Positions 1 to 10,453 of a stretch of 64,000 bases of DNA are shown here, in pieces. The DNA is from Candidatus Omnitrophota bacterium. GTDB lineage: Bacteria > Omnitrophota > Gorgyraeia > Zapsychrales > Zapsychraceae. The position numbers and the translations under genes are program-made. A model generated the notes under the pieces. The model was given only the letters and a program-made list of their open reading frames with translations, did not search any database and was not told the origin of the DNA. The stretch covers positions 2,790 through 66,789 of the forward strand of contig JADFXQ010000001.1 of assembly GCA_015233495.1 (NCBI GenBank). Direction: 5' to 3'. Every line of letters begins with the position of its first letter. Positions within the stretch are counted from its first letter, which is position 1.

Positions 1-81
1 TTCCTGTTCATAGCTAGGCATAGATTCCAGCTTACAACGTTCTGCGTAATACAATTTTTTAAGTTGATCGATATAGGACAT
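1..81 (-). CDS. 5' end of a hypothetical protein running off the window edge
   Basis: ATG at 81 preceded by AGGAAG; open frame MSYIDQLKKLYYAERCKLESMPSYEQE to the edge; AT-rich; downstream of tRNA-Pro. Confidence 0.35.
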   Translation of the reverse strand, partial: MSYIDQLKKLYYAERCKLESMPSYEQE

Positions 82-147
82 AAACTTCCTTGACGAGAAA
101 AGCGATCTATCGGCAAATTGTTTGCTTTTCGCCTGCGGCGAAAAATG

Positions 148-221
148 TCGGGGAGGGGGGATTCGAACCCCCGACCCCATGCTCCCAAAGCACGTGCGCT
201 AGCCAGCTGCGCTACTCCCCG
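148..221 (-). tRNA. tRNA-Pro (TGG)
   Basis: Reverse complement CGGGGAG TAGCGCAGCTGGCTAGCGC A CGTGC TTTGGGA GCATG ... GGGGGTTCGAATCCCCC CTCCCCG A; full cloverleaf, anticodon TGG, no encoded CCA. Confidence 0.95.
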
Positions 222-250
222 AAATTGAGCCCCAGTATATCACGGCGATT

Positions 251-2410
251 TTAGGCTGGGAAATGATTATTTTTTGGGAAAAATTTGTCGCGGCAAGCCA
301 GCCAACAAACGGCAAACAACACCGCGTAAGCCGCATAAATTAAAAAACAACCAATCCAGAATCGAAATGGGTCCTCATAACGAAAAGCCACAACATTATC
401 TCCCGCGGGAACCCACACTCCTTTAAAAGCGAGATTGGCGCGCAGGAGCGGAGCTTTGCGTCCATTGATTCTCACCACCCATTTGGGATCAAAAGCATCA
501 TTGTAGACTAAAAATTTGCTGACCCCGGATTTGATTTTAAAAGTCACGGAATTGCTGTCAAAATGCGTAACCTGAAACGCGAAGCTATCCCCGGTGACCG
601 GCTGAGGATGGGCAGGCACGAACGGTGCGGCAACGGTTTCTCCCGTATAATCGCCAGGAACCAACGCCACATTGGCATCTTTGCGCCAAAGGGATTCCAA
701 TAATTTAAAATCTTTTATCCCGTCTCCAGTCGGCTGTACCCGATCGTAAAAGACCAGATTATCCGCAAAATATTTTTTCAAAATACCGGGATCAATGTTT
801 TCATGGAGCTGCAAATATTTTGTGGTCGAATAATATATATTAATATTGGTTCCGGTATTGCCGGAATAATTAAATACATCAAAACCTCCGGGAGGCGACA
901 GCCGCCAGTTATCCGGATAATTTTTGCTAAATCCCTGAAACGCCGCCGCGGATTGAAAAAAAATCATTATAAAAATCAACAACAAAGCCGAGGGAGAACC
1001 CGGTTGAATTTTTTTAAGGCACAGCAAAACGAAAAAAATCAAGCTCAGAATCACCGTCAAATACGCGGTGATCGATTGGTTGCCTTGCGAAAGCAGAAAT
1101 ATAACAAAGCCCGCATGCACGGCGACCAGATAAACCAAAAAAGCGAATGGTCTTTTTTGCTTTGCAATGCCTCGGCATAATTCCTGCAAAAATATAGCTC
1201 CGAAAAGGAAAATCATCGGCAGGAAAAAAATCCATATGTAATGATACGCGTTGCGGAAATATTTGAAAAAAAAGACGTGTTTATACAGGAAAGGATACAC
1301 CGGCGTCCCGGTGTTTTGCGCGATAACAAAAAGCAAAAAAAACCAAATTAAGAGCATACCGATCCGTCGATTCGTCTTTAGCCCCACGGCTAAAAGGACC
1401 AGCAAACAAACAAAATACGAAAAAAATACCGTACTGATTCTCGCCCGCGACATATCGGCAAACAACTGCTGGGCCAAAACAGGGACCAGGACACCTTGCT
1501 CACCCAAAGATTGGATCTTCACTTGCGCGCTGCTCTCGACCCGCGGCCCACTTAAAACGGCAGTTCCCTTGCCGGCCGTATCTAACGCCTTTTGCCGGGC
1601 GGGGAGCATGATTTCTTTATTTTTTCCCAACTGCCAAAAACGGTATCCGGGAATAATGGACGCAAAAACTAAAAGGCCGCATAACGCTGTCACCCATTTA
1701 TAGCGAAGAAAAAATTGCCGATAATTTTGGGAAAGCCTCGTCCATCCCCCTCCATAAACCAGGGCGCTCGCCAGCAGACCGGTGCTCGCAATGGTTATAA
1801 AATAAAAAGGCAAGTACGTGCCGAATAAAATGATGACACATAAAGTCAAGCCCAAAAAATCTTTGACCCGAAATTTTTTGTTCCAAGCCGTAAAAAAATA
1901 AAAAAACCAGATAAGCGGCACTGCCAAAAGCACGGAAAAACAAAAAAATATCCGCGTGCCCACTGGAGAAAAAAGCAGAAAGAAAAACCCTGTCAAGGCT
2001 GACTGACGGTCCGTCAACGCGCGGCACAACAGATAAAACCCGCAACAGCCCAGAAAAAAATAAAACGCCATAAACACCAGATAGGCATTGTTAAAATCAA
2101 CGCCTATCCCCCAGTGCAAAAAAAGCAGAACTCCATAAGCGGGATTGAATTCGCAAATCCGGCGTAAATAAAATTCATTTGGCACTCCCCCCGATTCCAT
2201 CGGAAACCACAACGGATAATCTCCGTGCATAAACCGTTTGATCAAATAAGCAAAATGCCCAAAATAAGCAGGCGCGTCCACTTCCAACCATTTGCGCCCA
2301 AAGAAAAAATCGCGGCAAAAGAATATCCAGCTGCCAAATGCGGCAATCATAAGCAGGCCGATATAATGTTCACGCCAGAAACGCTGTAAAAAACCTATGC
2401 ATCGATTCAT
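251..2410 (-). CDS. Polytopic membrane protein, YfhO-like (GT-C glycosyltransferase-like)
   Basis: Many TM segments; C-terminal YfhO-type motif LVYNDAFDPKWVVRING...RANLAFKGVWVPAG. Confidence 0.7.
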   Translation of the reverse strand: MNRCIGFLQRFWREHYIGLLMIAAFGSWIFFCRDFFFGRKWLEVDAPAYFGHFAYLIKRFMHGDYPLWFPMESGGVPNEFYLRRICEFNPAYGVLLFLHWGIGVDFNNAYLVFMAFYFFLGCCGFYLLCRALTDRQSALTGFFFLLFSPVGTRIFFCFSVLLAVPLIWFFYFFTAWNKKFRVKDFLGLTLCVIILFGTYLPFYFITIASTGLLASALVYGGGWTRLSQNYRQFFLRYKWVTALCGLLVFASIIPGYRFWQLGKNKEIMLPARQKALDTAGKGTAVLSGPRVESSAQVKIQSLGEQGVLVPVLAQQLFADMSRARISTVFFSYFVCLLVLLAVGLKTNRRIGMLLIWFFLLFVIAQNTGTPVYPFLYKHVFFFKYFRNAYHYIWIFFLPMIFLFGAIFLQELCRGIAKQKRPFAFLVYLVAVHAGFVIFLLSQGNQSITAYLTVILSLIFFVLLCLKKIQPGSPSALLLIFIMIFFQSAAAFQGFSKNYPDNWRLSPPGGFDVFNYSGNTGTNINIYYSTTKYLQLHENIDPGILKKYFADNLVFYDRVQPTGDGIKDFKLLESLWRKDANVALVPGDYTGETVAAPFVPAHPQPVTGDSFAFQVTHFDSNSVTFKIKSGVSKFLVYNDAFDPKWVVRINGRKAPLLRANLAFKGVWVPAGDNVVAFRYEDPFRFWIGCFLIYAAYAVLFAVCWLACRDKFFPKNNHFPA

Positions 2411-2411
2411 T

Positions 2412-3701
2412 TTATGAATAAAATTTTAAATTGCCGCCGAGTTCACGCAAATCCTCCCAAAATCCCGGATAGGATTTGTTAACACAATCCCGATCCTTGA
2501 TCCGGACGCCCAGCTTGAGTCCCAAAATCGCGAAAGCCATGGCTAAACGATGGTCTTGATGCGGGTCCAAAAGACAGCCTTCCTTATACTGATGCTTCGG
2601 GGTAATGACCAACTCATCTTTTTTTTCACTGATATCCGCCCCGACTTTTAATAATTCTCTTCGTAAATCGCTGATCCGGTCTGATTCTTTTACCCGAGCG
2701 TGGCCAATATGCCGCAAACGGGTAGGGCCGCGGCCAAATAAAGCCAGGACGGTCATGATTGGGACTAAGTCCGGGCAGTCTTGCAAAGAAAACTCGCCGC
2801 CGCTTATCGCAAAGGGGCCTTTGATCCGCAGCGACCGCCCAGTGGACGTAAAGCGCGCCCCCATTTTTTTAAAAAATTCCAAGATGCGTCCATCCGCCTG
2901 AATCCACCGATCCGCAAAATGCCCTTCTAAAATCACGTCGGATTGAGTCAAAGCCGCAGCGGCGAGCAAAAAAGCGGCTAAACCATAATCGGACGGCACA
3001 GCAAATCGTTTCAACCCGCGGAATTTCTGTCCGCCCTTGATCAAAAAATCCCTCGGTCCGTCTTGCGTGATAATCACCCCGGCTTCCGCCAGGACTAAAC
3101 GCGTCATGGTGATGTATTCAAAAGAAACAACTGATTTCCCGGTTAAGGAGAGACGCGTATCTTGCGCTAATTGGGGACAGGTGATCAATAATCCGGAAAT
3201 AAATTGCGAACTTAAAGACGCGTCGCATTTAACGCGGCCTCCAGTTAAAGCGCCTCCCAAAATCCGCACCGGCACGCTTGCTCCCGCGCCCGTGCCTTGA
3301 ATCCGCATCCCCATTGCGGCCAGAGCCCGGATTAAATATAGATTAGGCCTGCCCCGCAGCGTTCCCCGGCCTTCGACAGTCACCGCTTTTCCCCGCAGAC
3401 ACAAAAGCGGCAATAAAAAACGCAGAACCGTTCCGGATTCCTGCACCTGAATCCGGGAAAATTTTTGGGGTATCCGCGGAGCTTGTATCGCCAATTGGTC
3501 AGAGGCTCGACGCTTGATAACCGCGCCTAAACGCTGGGCCACGGCGAGGGCGGCCTGAGCGTCCGCGCAATCCGAGGGGTGCATGATGATGGATGATCCC
3601 CCGCAAGCCGCGACCATAAAAGCGCGAATCGTGTACGATTTTGAGGCGGGAAGAAATATTTTACCGCGCAGGACGGAAGTTTTATTGATCAACGCGGTCA
3701 C
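2412..3701 (-). CDS. aroA: 3-phosphoshikimate 1-carboxyvinyltransferase (EPSP synthase)
   Basis: LPASKS, ESGTVLRF, SSQFISGLL, RVKESDRI and DHRLAMAF motifs. Confidence 0.95.
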   Translation of the reverse strand: MTALINKTSVLRGKIFLPASKSYTIRAFMVAACGGSSIIMHPSDCADAQAALAVAQRLGAVIKRRASDQLAIQAPRIPQKFSRIQVQESGTVLRFLLPLLCLRGKAVTVEGRGTLRGRPNLYLIRALAAMGMRIQGTGAGASVPVRILGGALTGGRVKCDASLSSQFISGLLITCPQLAQDTRLSLTGKSVVSFEYITMTRLVLAEAGVIITQDGPRDFLIKGGQKFRGLKRFAVPSDYGLAAFLLAAAALTQSDVILEGHFADRWIQADGRILEFFKKMGARFTSTGRSLRIKGPFAISGGEFSLQDCPDLVPIMTVLALFGRGPTRLRHIGHARVKESDRISDLRRELLKVGADISEKKDELVITPKHQYKEGCLLDPHQDHRLAMAFAILGLKLGVRIKDRDCVNKSYPGFWEDLRELGGNLKFYS

Positions 3702-4555
3702 TTCTTCACCACAACCTGGTCATTCTGCCGCGCCTGACTACTCGACAAGGGCGGAATTAAATCCGCCGCAGACATTTTGGTCTGAACGCGCGTGACCCGG
3801 ATATCACCCAAATATTCCTTACCGCGATATACGGAAAAATCCATGCCCGTGACTACGCCGTCTTTTTGTCCCAAATCAATGATCACAAACTCCGTGTCTT
3901 TATCGACACTGACTATCCGTCCTTCCGGGATATTCGCCGGATTGACAATAATTTTATCCAAATTAACCCGCGGCTTCGCGGTCGTTGCCGCGGGAACGAT
4001 ATTTTCAGCTGGAACGACTCCCTCTACTGGCTGCGGCGCTGCCGCGGCCGCCAATTTTTTTTCCAAATCGCGCGCCTTGGTCTCCGTTTCTTTTAATTTC
4101 AATTCTATTTCACGTTTCGCGCTCTTTTCTTGATCGATTTGCGCATTCAAATCGCGGACCTTTTGCTCTGTATCGGCGATTTGCTTGTCCAACTTATCTT
4201 GCAGAGATTTATTGTTCTGTTTCATACTGCTCAATTCCGCGTTTAACTTATCGCTCTCTTCTTTCAGCTTTTGGTTCACGGCGATTTTTACATCCAGGTC
4301 TTCCCTGACGCCGTTTAAACTGTCATCCGCTTCTTTCAATTTACTTTGCAGAACCTCAATCTGTTTGCGCAAATCACGGCCATCCTCTTCCTGCTTCAAT
4401 TCGCTCGCGTGGCTTTTCAACAATAATTTTTCCGTTAATTTCCGTTTTTCAATTTCTTTTTGCCAAAAAAACAGGCATAAAACCATCATACTTACTAACA
4501 AAATCGCAATGATCGTTAAAAACACGGTCAAAATTTTCCCGGAAGACTTGGCCAT
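3698..4555 (-). CDS. Membrane-anchored coiled-coil protein with C-terminal FlgT_C-like beta domain
   Basis: N-terminal TM helix, long heptad region, GRIVSVDKDTEFVIIDLGQKDGV...FSVYRG. Confidence 0.6.
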   Translation of the reverse strand: MAKSSGKILTVFLTIIAILLVSMMVLCLFFWQKEIEKRKLTEKLLLKSHASELKQEEDGRDLRKQIEVLQSKLKEADDSLNGVREDLDVKIAVNQKLKEESDKLNAELSSMKQNNKSLQDKLDKQIADTEQKVRDLNAQIDQEKSAKREIELKLKETETKARDLEKKLAAAAAPQPVEGVVPAENIVPAATTAKPRVNLDKIIVNPANIPEGRIVSVDKDTEFVIIDLGQKDGVVTGMDFSVYRGKEYLGDIRVTRVQTKMSAADLIPPLSSSQARQNDQVVVKK

Positions 4556-4677
4556 CTGTCACCTCCGTCCGACACTATCGCCAAAAAGCGTTAATCTCAA
4601 AATTTTCTATTTTTTTATTCTTTTTTTTATTATAAACAAATTGGCCTTTATGTAAAGAAAGGAGTAAAAAAAGTAGG

Positions 4678-5589
4678 TTAGCAACCAACTCTCTTTAAAA
4701 ACTCCGCTGGCGTGCGGCTGCTGAATTCTACCCATTGCCGGGTGTGAGGGTGCTTAAATCCGATCGCTTTCGCGTGTAAAGCCAACCGGGGGAAATTATG
4801 CGGATGACCATATTTATCATCGCCAAGAATCGGATGTTTCAAATACGCCATATGCACGCGCAACTGATGCGTGCGCCCGGTTCGCGGAAAAAGCGATATC
4901 AGCGTAGCGTCGGGAAAACGCTTGATCACCTGATAATAAGTAAGGGCCGCCTTAGCTTTGGGGTCATCCAAACAAACCGCTTTTTTTTCAAAATCCCGGA
5001 TATGTCTTCCTAAAGCCGCGTCAATACGGCCTTGATCAAACGACACTTCGCCTTCCACCAAGGCGACATAGTGTTTGCGGATTTCATGCCGTTCAAACAA
5101 CCTCGCTAACCGGGCATGGGTAATATTATCCTTAGCGATCAAAATCAACCCGGAAGTCTCTTTGTCCAAACGATGCACAATTCCGGGACGGATCACATCG
5201 TCATTGCAGTCCGACAAGGTTTTAGCGTGATGCAACAAAGCGTTGACCAAAGTGCCGTTCGGACTGCCCTTAGCCGGGTGTACCACCATGCCGCTGGGTT
5301 TATTGATGACGAACAAATACTCGTCTTCATAAAAAATGTCCAAAGGGAGGTCTTGTGCCAAGGCCTCGGGCGGCTTTAAAAAATCCGCCGGAAGATCAAC
5401 GCAAATATTGTCGCCGGGGCAAACCTGGTAATTCGACTTGACGATCTTGCCATTGGCAGTCACGTGACCAGCCGCAATCAGTTTCTGCACAAAAGCGCGG
5501 GACTGTCCATCCGCAAGCCGCGCAACAACATAAACATCTAAGCGATTTTGATCTTGTGTCGCATCGGCAATGAATGTAAATACCGGCAT
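4678..5589 (-). CDS. rluD: RluA/RluD-family pseudouridine synthase
   Basis: N-terminal S4 domain; INKPSGMVVHP, GIVHRLDKETSG and TGRTHQLRVH motifs. Confidence 0.9.
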   Translation of the reverse strand: MPVFTFIADATQDQNRLDVYVVARLADGQSRAFVQKLIAAGHVTANGKIVKSNYQVCPGDNICVDLPADFLKPPEALAQDLPLDIFYEDEYLFVINKPSGMVVHPAKGSPNGTLVNALLHHAKTLSDCNDDVIRPGIVHRLDKETSGLILIAKDNITHARLARLFERHEIRKHYVALVEGEVSFDQGRIDAALGRHIRDFEKKAVCLDDPKAKAALTYYQVIKRFPDATLISLFPRTGRTHQLRVHMAYLKHPILGDDKYGHPHNFPRLALHAKAIGFKHPHTRQWVEFSSRTPAEFLKRVGC

Positions 5590-5626
5590 GATCTTTTTAT
5601 CAAATCCCTTCCCCTTAAGCCCGCGC

Positions 5627-6115
5627 TCATTCCTTACCGGTCATCTGAAAACACTTGAATCCGATGATCATCGCTCCAATGGTGATCGCGCTGTCCGCGA
5701 TATTAAAGACCGGCCATACCCGCAAGTCAATAAAATCAATGACATAGCCGTAGCTCATCCGGTCAATCAAATTGCCGATCGCGCCTCCGACGATCAGAGA
5801 AAAAGCGAATATATAAGCGCGGCTTAAGGCCTCGTTGTTTTTACGGTAGTAATAAATGTTGAAAATCAGCAAGGCTAGCGCGATGACCGGAACAATGATA
5901 AAAACCGAACCGTGGTTTTTGAAAAAACCAAAAGCGATTCCGGTATTATGAATCAAGGTGAAATGAAAGATATCTTTGATGACCGGGATAGATTCACCAT
6001 AACGCAATAGACTGGAAAAAAAATTTTTGGTAAACCGGTCCGAAAGAACTACCGCGGCAATACTGAACACCGCGAGAAAAACATCAACCTGCGACCGAGC
6101 CCAACCGAGCTTCAT
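5627..6115 (-). CDS. lspA: Lipoprotein signal peptidase II
   Basis: NTGIAFG, GGAIGNLIDR, GYVIDFI and WPVFNIAD motifs; start chosen at the ATGA overlap with the upstream gene. Confidence 0.95.
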   Translation of the reverse strand: MKLGWARSQVDVFLAVFSIAAVVLSDRFTKNFFSSLLRYGESIPVIKDIFHFTLIHNTGIAFGFFKNHGSVFIIVPVIALALLIFNIYYYRKNNEALSRAYIFAFSLIVGGAIGNLIDRMSYGYVIDFIDLRVWPVFNIADSAITIGAMIIGFKCFQMTGKE

Positions 6116-6459
6116 GATTTTTTCTCGATATTTTCCTGGCATTTCAAACAAGTCTCAACGTAAGGAATCGCCTTCAAGCGCGCCGAGGCAATGGCTTTTT
6201 TACATTCAGTGCACAGACCGTAAGTTCCATCCTCCAAACGACGCAGGGCAGTGTCAATTTTTCCCAAAACCTCCCGCTCACTTGAGGCTAAACCCAGATT
6301 GAATTCCCGGTCATACATATCGGTAGCCACATCCGCCATGTGCATCACATGACCCGAATCCGTCTCTCCGCCTTCGGGGTTGATGGCCATATTGGAGATA
6401 TCATGCGATAAATCTTCCTTGAGTTTTAACAATGTTTTTTTATAACCGTTTTGGGGCAT
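6112..6459 (-). CDS. TraR/DksA C4 zinc-finger protein
   Basis: HMADVATD coiled-coil tip; GTYGLCTEC...RLKAIPYVETCLKCQ. Confidence 0.9.
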   Translation of the reverse strand: MPQNGYKKTLLKLKEDLSHDISNMAINPEGGETDSGHVMHMADVATDMYDREFNLGLASSEREVLGKIDTALRRLEDGTYGLCTECKKAIASARLKAIPYVETCLKCQENIEKKS

Positions 6460-6633
6460 TCATAACCTCCTTAAAAATGTTTGATTTTAGTACGCAGTAT
6501 ACGGGATACGGTAAAACTGTATATGTCTGACTAGATGGGTATCCTGTCTATCAAAATTCATTTTTTTTCAAAAGATGAAATAAGAAACACAATATATCTG
6601 ATTTGCCTCACATAAAAAGTATTACCCTATGCC

Positions 6634-9444
6634 TTATTCTGTATACCGTAAAACTTTCGCGCATCTGCCACAGACATCCGGATAAGCCGCAGACGCGCCA
6701 ATATCGAGACGATAATTCCAACAACGCGGGCACTTCTCGCCTTCGGCTTTTCGGATCTCGACGGTGGTCTGCCCGTGTTTTTCGCTTAATCCCGACGCGA
6801 CAGCGGCGACCCGTTCCACTTCGACCTGAGACACAATAAACACGGCCGGTAAAAAAGCGGCGTGTTGCTTAAAATACGCGGCGTCGCTGTCGCTGGCCGT
6901 CTGAAAAATCACTTTCGCCTCCAAAGAACTGCCGATCATGCCTTCGCGCCGCTTCTCCTCCAGCGCCTTGAGCACCTGAGGACGGATGTCTACCAGCACC
7001 GCGAATTCCTGTTCCAGCGCCGGATCATCCCAGACGGACGGCGAATTTTTCCACGTCAATAAATGGACACTGGCCGCGCGGCTCATTTCCGCGGTTCGCG
7101 GCAAAAATTTAAAAATTTCGTCCGCCGTAAAAACCAAAATCGGAGCGAGCAAACGGGTCAAATGATCCACTATCTCATAAAGAACAGTCTGGCCGGAGCG
7201 TCTTTCCGCCCCGCGAGTGGAGCAAGTATACATTCGATCTTTTAAAATATCAAGATAAAAACTCGAAAGGTCGTTATTGCAGAAATCATACAGAGTTTTA
7301 TACGCGCCGGCAAAATCATAAGCCGCGTAATAAGCTTTTACAGCGTAGATAGTGCGGGATACACGACCCAGAGCCCAGCGGTCAAAGGGCAAAAGTTTAT
7401 CATAAGCCTGCGCATCCTGATCCGGATTAAAATCAGAAAGATTTCCTAAAAGATAACGGAACGTGTTGCGGATTTTCCGGTAGGCGTCACTCAGCCGATT
7501 CAAGGTTTCCGTGGAAACGCGGATATCTTCATTATAGGAACTCGACGCTACCCACAACCGCAGAATGTCTGCCCCGCTGTTTTTGATAATATCTAAAGGC
7601 GAAACCACATTGCCTAATGATTTGGACATTTTACGGCCTTCGCCATCCACCACAAAACCATGCGTCAGCACCGACTTAAACGGCGGATGGCCCTCCATAG
7701 CCACGGCCGGAATCAAAGAGGACTGAAACCAGCCGCGGTGTTGATCCGAGCCTTCCAAATACATCTCCGCCGGCAAAGTTTCCCCTAATTTCCCTTTGAT
7801 CACCGCCTGATGGCTGACCCCGGAATCAAACCAAACATCTAAGATATCCTGAGTTTTCGTAAAATCATTTTTCCCGCAATCCGGGCAAACAAAACCTTGC
7901 GGAACAAAAGCGTCAACCGGCATTTCAAACCAGGCATTCGTGCCTTTTTCCTTCGCAATGTCCGCGAGACGCTCAATGACCTCAGGAAATAATTTATGAT
8001 CTCCGCCGCATCCAGCGCATTGCAAGGCCGGGATAGGCACTCCCCAATACCGCTGCCGGGACAAACACCAATCCGGACGCAGTTTAACCATGCCCAGGAT
8101 ACGCTCTTCACCTTTCTCAGGAATCCATTGTACTTCATTTTTAATCGCATCCTGTAATTTCCCGCGCAGTCCATTGTGATCAATCGCCATGAACCATTGC
8201 CGGGTCGCGCGGAAAATTACCGGACTTTTACAACGCCAGCAATGCGGATAAGAATGCGTAATATTTTTCGCGGCGAACAATAAACCGCGGCCGCGTAAAT
8301 CTTCAATTATCCTCGGGTTGGCTTTAAAAACCTGTTCCCCGGCGTAAACGCCCGCTTTGGCGGTGTAACGGCCGCTGTCGTCAACCGGCATCAAAACTTC
8401 CAAACCATATTTACGGCCGGTTTCAAAATCGTCCTGGCCGTGTCCCGGCGCGGTATGCACCAACCCAGTGCCGTCTTCTTTGGTAACATAATCCGCGGTA
8501 ACTACCACGCCCTGGTTAAGCATTCCAAAAGGATGCTCGTAATTTAAGGAGGTCAATTCTCTACCCTTAAACTTTTTTATAATCACCGTCTCCGGGCCAG
8601 TCAATAATTCCCGGCAGCGGTTTTCTTCCAAAAGCAAAATTTCGCCGTCCGTTTGCGCGGCGATATAATCAAAATCCGGATGCGCCGCTACCGCCACATT
8701 AGCCAAAAGCGTCCAGGGCGTGGTTGTCCAAATTAACAAAGCTGTTTTTGGATCGCGGGGTAAACCAAGAGCTTGCGGATTATGCACCTTGAATTTAACA
8801 TATACCGACGGCGAAGTATGGTCTTCATATTCCACTTCCGCTTCCGCGAGCGCGGTTTCGCATTTCGCGCACCAATTCACCGGCTTTACCCCGCGATAAA
8901 TATACCCTTTTTCCCGCAAAGCCAATAAAGACTTTAAAATCCAATATTCATACTCCGGTTTAAGCGTCAAATACGGATCATCCCAATCGCCAAACACGCC
9001 AAGGCGTTTAAATTGTTCCGCCTGGATTCCAACGTATTTCAAAGCGTATTGTTCGGCTTTTTTTCGAAATTCCACGCAATCCACTTCCGACTTGCGTTTA
9101 TTCATTTCCTTGAACAAGGCGTGCTCGATCGGCAGACCGTGGCAGTCCCAGCCGGGAACATAATGGCAATCATGTCCGGACATGGTCTTGGACTTAACGA
9201 CTAAATCCTTGAGGATTTTATTTAAGGCATGGCCCATATGAATGGGGCCATTGGCGTAGGGCGGCCCGTCGTGCAACAAAAACCGCGGTTTGCCTTTGGC
9301 CAAGGCGCGCAATTGACCGTAAATATTTTTTTCCGCCCAAGCGGCCAGCATTTCCGGTTCCTTCTGCGTCAACCCGGCCTTCATCGAAAAATCGGTCTTA
9401 GGAAGATTTAAAGTGTCTTGATATTTATTATTTTGATCTGCCAT
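6634..9444 (-). CDS. ileS: Isoleucine--tRNA ligase (type 1)
   Basis: HDGPPYANG, HMGH, GSDQHRGWF and KMSKS motifs; C-terminal CPRCW...CGRC; start at MADQ. Confidence 0.97.
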   Translation of the reverse strand: MADQNNKYQDTLNLPKTDFSMKAGLTQKEPEMLAAWAEKNIYGQLRALAKGKPRFLLHDGPPYANGPIHMGHALNKILKDLVVKSKTMSGHDCHYVPGWDCHGLPIEHALFKEMNKRKSEVDCVEFRKKAEQYALKYVGIQAEQFKRLGVFGDWDDPYLTLKPEYEYWILKSLLALREKGYIYRGVKPVNWCAKCETALAEAEVEYEDHTSPSVYVKFKVHNPQALGLPRDPKTALLIWTTTPWTLLANVAVAAHPDFDYIAAQTDGEILLLEENRCRELLTGPETVIIKKFKGRELTSLNYEHPFGMLNQGVVVTADYVTKEDGTGLVHTAPGHGQDDFETGRKYGLEVLMPVDDSGRYTAKAGVYAGEQVFKANPRIIEDLRGRGLLFAAKNITHSYPHCWRCKSPVIFRATRQWFMAIDHNGLRGKLQDAIKNEVQWIPEKGEERILGMVKLRPDWCLSRQRYWGVPIPALQCAGCGGDHKLFPEVIERLADIAKEKGTNAWFEMPVDAFVPQGFVCPDCGKNDFTKTQDILDVWFDSGVSHQAVIKGKLGETLPAEMYLEGSDQHRGWFQSSLIPAVAMEGHPPFKSVLTHGFVVDGEGRKMSKSLGNVVSPLDIIKNSGADILRLWVASSSYNEDIRVSTETLNRLSDAYRKIRNTFRYLLGNLSDFNPDQDAQAYDKLLPFDRWALGRVSRTIYAVKAYYAAYDFAGAYKTLYDFCNNDLSSFYLDILKDRMYTCSTRGAERRSGQTVLYEIVDHLTRLLAPILVFTADEIFKFLPRTAEMSRAASVHLLTWKNSPSVWDDPALEQEFAVLVDIRPQVLKALEEKRREGMIGSSLEAKVIFQTASDSDAAYFKQHAAFLPAVFIVSQVEVERVAAVASGLSEKHGQTTVEIRKAEGEKCPRCWNYRLDIGASAAYPDVCGRCAKVLRYTE

Positions 9445-9460
9445 GGTTCTTCCGTTTTTT

Positions 9461-9485
9461 GTAGGGACGCCCACGAGGGGCGCCA
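9461..9485. repeat. Degenerate GTAG-type REP-like palindrome
   Basis: GTAGGGACGCCCACGAGGGGCGCC resembles the copies at 12275, 18146 and 22948. Confidence 0.5.
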
Positions 9486-9505
9486 TCTTAACTACGACAT
9501 ATCGT

Positions 9506-10366
9506 CTATTTAATATACTTCCCGATAATCGGTTCCAGCTCTCGCAAATGTTGGTTTGTTAATTTATCCTGCGCTGTGATGATCGCGTATTTCATGGCGT
9601 CTTGCGCGCTGAAATTTTCCAATTTACCGATCAACGGAATCGCGGTTTTTAATATTTTTTTGGCATTCGCCACATTCGCGGTCAAATTTTGGATGATCAT
9701 TTCAACAGTAACCGAATCATGGGCCGGGTGCCAACAATCATAATCCGTGACCGCGGCCAAAGTCGCATAGGAAATCTCCGCTTCCCGGGCAAGTTTCGCT
9801 TCGGTCGCGTTGGTCATGCCAATTATGTCCATGCCCCATTGCCGATAAAGATTCGATTCCGCCTTGGTTGAAAATTGCGGACCTTCCATGGTGATATAAG
9901 TTCCGCCTTCGTGCACCGTGGCGCCGCTTTCCCTTCCTGCCTGGGCCACAATATCCGCGACCTCGCGGGAAATCGGATCCGCGAACGAGGCGTGGGCCAC
10001 AATTCCGCCTTCGAAAAACGTTGATTTTCGGCCCTTAGTCCAGTCCACAATCTGATGCGGCACGACAAAATCCATGGGCTTAAGTTCTTCACGCAGACTA
10101 CCGCAAGCGGACACGGAAATGACCGCGTCCACGCCCAATTTTTTCATTCCGAAAATATTCGCGCGATAATTGATCTCGCTCGGCGAAATCCGGTGGCCCC
10201 GGCCGTGGCGCGACAAAAACACGACTTCAATGCCATCGAGCTCTCCGGTGAAAAAACTATCCGAAGGCTGGCCGAACGGCGTGTCCCACATCTGAAGCTC
10301 TTGCAATTGCGCGACCCCGTCAATGCTGTACAACCCGCTGCCGCCAATGATCCCGACTTTTGCCAT
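9506..10366 (-). CDS. mtnP: S-methyl-5'-thioadenosine phosphorylase
   Basis: GIIGGSGLY, RHGRGH, EGPQFST and VTDYDCW motifs; start at MAKVG after GGAGG. Confidence 0.93.
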   Translation of the reverse strand: MAKVGIIGGSGLYSIDGVAQLQELQMWDTPFGQPSDSFFTGELDGIEVVFLSRHGRGHRISPSEINYRANIFGMKKLGVDAVISVSACGSLREELKPMDFVVPHQIVDWTKGRKSTFFEGGIVAHASFADPISREVADIVAQAGRESGATVHEGGTYITMEGPQFSTKAESNLYRQWGMDIIGMTNATEAKLAREAEISYATLAAVTDYDCWHPAHDSVTVEMIIQNLTANVANAKKILKTAIPLIGKLENFSAQDAMKYAIITAQDKLTNQHLRELEPIIGKYIK

Positions 10367-10453
10367 GAGATCCCTCCTTTTAAGACACAAGACACAAGTT
10401 TCTGTTTGAATGTCTTGTTTGAAAAATAAAATTGAGGCTGATATCACAAGATA

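Noticed and set aside
6460-6633. Possible T-box or riboswitch near ileS
   Set aside because: This gap is downstream of ileS, the upstream gap is only ~60 bp, and no T-box consensus was seen.
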